Assembly (NCBI GenBank): GCA_040285745.1
Contig: JAUFOR010000002.1
Location: 868,001 to 932,000 of the forward strand
Direction of reading: 5' to 3'
Length of the DNA stretch: 64,000 nucleotides
DNA from: Barthelona sp. PCE
Taxonomy: Eukaryota
Every line of letters begins with the position of its first letter. Within the stretch, counting starts at the first letter, position 1. The notes beneath the pieces were generated by a model. That model had not been told where the DNA came from and searched no databases. It worked only from the letters and a program-made list of their open reading frames with translations. A program made the position numbers and the translations under genes. Shown piece by piece: positions 62,666 to 64,000 of the stretch.

Positions 62666-63045
62666 ATGAGTTAGCTTTTTAATCTACGCTTGTTTAAATG
62701 TGAAAAAGAAGAGAATCTTTAAAGTAAGAGAATATAGGATTGGCATCACTCAAGCTTTTTGTCTTTTAAATGGACCAAACTGAATGGAAGATGTTCCAAG
62801 TAGAACACCACCCTTACATGTGTTATGAAATAAGAAGTTATGTCAATTACATTTCAATTTCAGTCCACTGTTTTTTTTTATAGTTTATGAGTGTTTATTG
62901 AATAAGAGTAATCATATTTGCGGCATGTAGTGCGATCAATGAAGTTGATATAGTTTTTAACATGGTAGCTGATATAGCTTTTGGAATAGTAACTCGTTCC
63001 AACTTTTTAACCTATTTATACATTTGAATACGTTTCATTTCACAC

Positions 63046-63813
63046 ATGGAAGCGAAAGAAGAAAATGTGGGGCTTAGCAATGCAAATTTTGAAGAACAAT
63101 ACGTAGCTGATGTTTATAAGTCAATATCTCATCATTTTAACAGCACAAGGAGACAGCATAAGTGGCTACTGGTTCGCAACTTTCTCGATTCACTTGATTT
63201 TGGCAGCACAGTTATTGATGTAGGATGTGGAAATGGGAAATATCTAGATTTTCCCAATTTGCATATGTTTGGCTTTGATTTAACGGAAGACCTTCTATTC
63301 CACGCCCAAAAGCTCGGTGCCAGCGCCCATAAGGCTAACTGTTTGTCTGTACCAGTTCGCCAGAACCATTTTTGTGCAGCCATTTGTATCGCTGTTATTC
63401 ATCATCTAAGCTCTGTAGAAAACCGGATACAGGCGTTAACACAAATTGCAAGAGCGCTAGCACCAGGCGGGCGTGCATGTTTATGTTGTTGGGCTTTTGA
63501 GAATAACCCCAAGAGGATAAAAGGTGAGAAAAATGGAAATTGGAGACCAATCCCACCCAGTGAAGGAGGATGTCCAGGCGATTACTATGTTGACTGGCAC
63601 CTTGATGAGAGATATACCAAACACAGGGTTAAGGAAGCGCAGGAGTTGCCACATAAGGGTAGAGAGCGTGTTCGTTTTACTCGTTACTATCATTTATTCA
63701 TTGAAAATGAGTTGAAGGAACTTTGCTCGCACGTGGAAGACATCGACCAGGATTCGGTGGAAGAGGTATTTGATCAAGATAATTGGTATCTATACTTTAG
63801 TAAACAGAAGTAG
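63046..63813 (+). CDS. TRM9: Trm9/ALKBH8-type tRNA wobble-uridine methyltransferase domain
   Basis: EEQYVADVY.SI..HFNSTR, DVGCGNGKY, ICIAVIHHL, CWAFE, RYYHLF...EL, DNW. Confidence 0.88.
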   Translation: MEAKEENVGLSNANFEEQYVADVYKSISHHFNSTRRQHKWLLVRNFLDSLDFGSTVIDVGCGNGKYLDFPNLHMFGFDLTEDLLFHAQKLGASAHKANCLSVPVRQNHFCAAICIAVIHHLSSVENRIQALTQIARALAPGGRACLCCWAFENNPKRIKGEKNGNWRPIPPSEGGCPGDYYVDWHLDERYTKHRVKEAQELPHKGRERVRFTRYYHLFIENELKELCSHVEDIDQDSVEEVFDQDNWYLYFSKQK

Positions 63814-63869
63814 TGTTTTTTCATAATCATCCTTTAACATTGTTTTTTTTATTATTGCACGTTGTTTAA

Positions 63870-64000
63870 ATGAGGGAAATTGTCGTTTCCATCTCGGATG
63901 ACAATGTAGTTAGCCTCAAAAAGAGGTCTAACATTATTTTGCAACACAATTGTGATTTTGATGTTCTGGATTACGATTTCTTTTACTCCAAGCATTATTC
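63870..64000 (+). CDS. 3'-truncated hypothetical CDS
   Basis: ATG 63870 open to window end: MREIVVSISDDNVVSLKKRS... Confidence 0.45.
   Translation, partial: MREIVVSISDDNVVSLKKRSNIILQHNCDFDVLDYDFFYSKHY

Noticed and set aside
63870-64000. ORF beginning MREIV, like beta-tubulin
   Set aside because: Following residues do not match tubulin (no QxGQCGNQIG)

Overview
Gene-dense, intron-poor eukaryotic (protist) nuclear DNA using the standard code, with about 45 protein genes, very short intergenic gaps and some convergent stop overlaps. Recognisable genes: Rpn10, RPL35A, CK2-alpha, NIP7, uridine kinase, clathrin heavy chain, TFIIH p52, NAD(P)HX epimerase, a 14-TM MFS transporter, two near-identical EF-1alpha copies, PLRG1/Prp46, DDX11/Chl1, Pol III RPC5, Vps15, a CFAP119-like protein, POP4, an EGF-CotH kinase, a Sip5/GW2-type RING, a prokaryote-like metallophosphoesterase and a Trm9-like methyltransferase, plus three tRNA genes. 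I found four short spliceosomal introns by hand that the ORF track misses (RPL35A, clathrin, both EF-1alpha). All read GTATGY...CTRAY-NNN-TAG, with the branch point fused to the 3' site. This, plus WGTAAA/AATAAA signals fused to stop codons, points by inference to an anaerobic metamonad-type flagellate. Best leads: (1) two linked small-Tim (Tim9-like) genes that keep only the second Cys of the twin CX3C motif; (2) a CaaX-ended coiled-coil protein with about 20 LC8-type motifs expanding by 105-nt repeats; (3) a secreted EGF-CotH kinase beside a member of an unrecognised Cys-rich secreted family; (4) a DDX11 gene whose Q-motif lies upstream of any usable ATG, behind an orphan splice acceptor; (5) a shared ATTTCCG element upstream of all three tRNAs. 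All family calls come from motif recognition by eye, not database searches.
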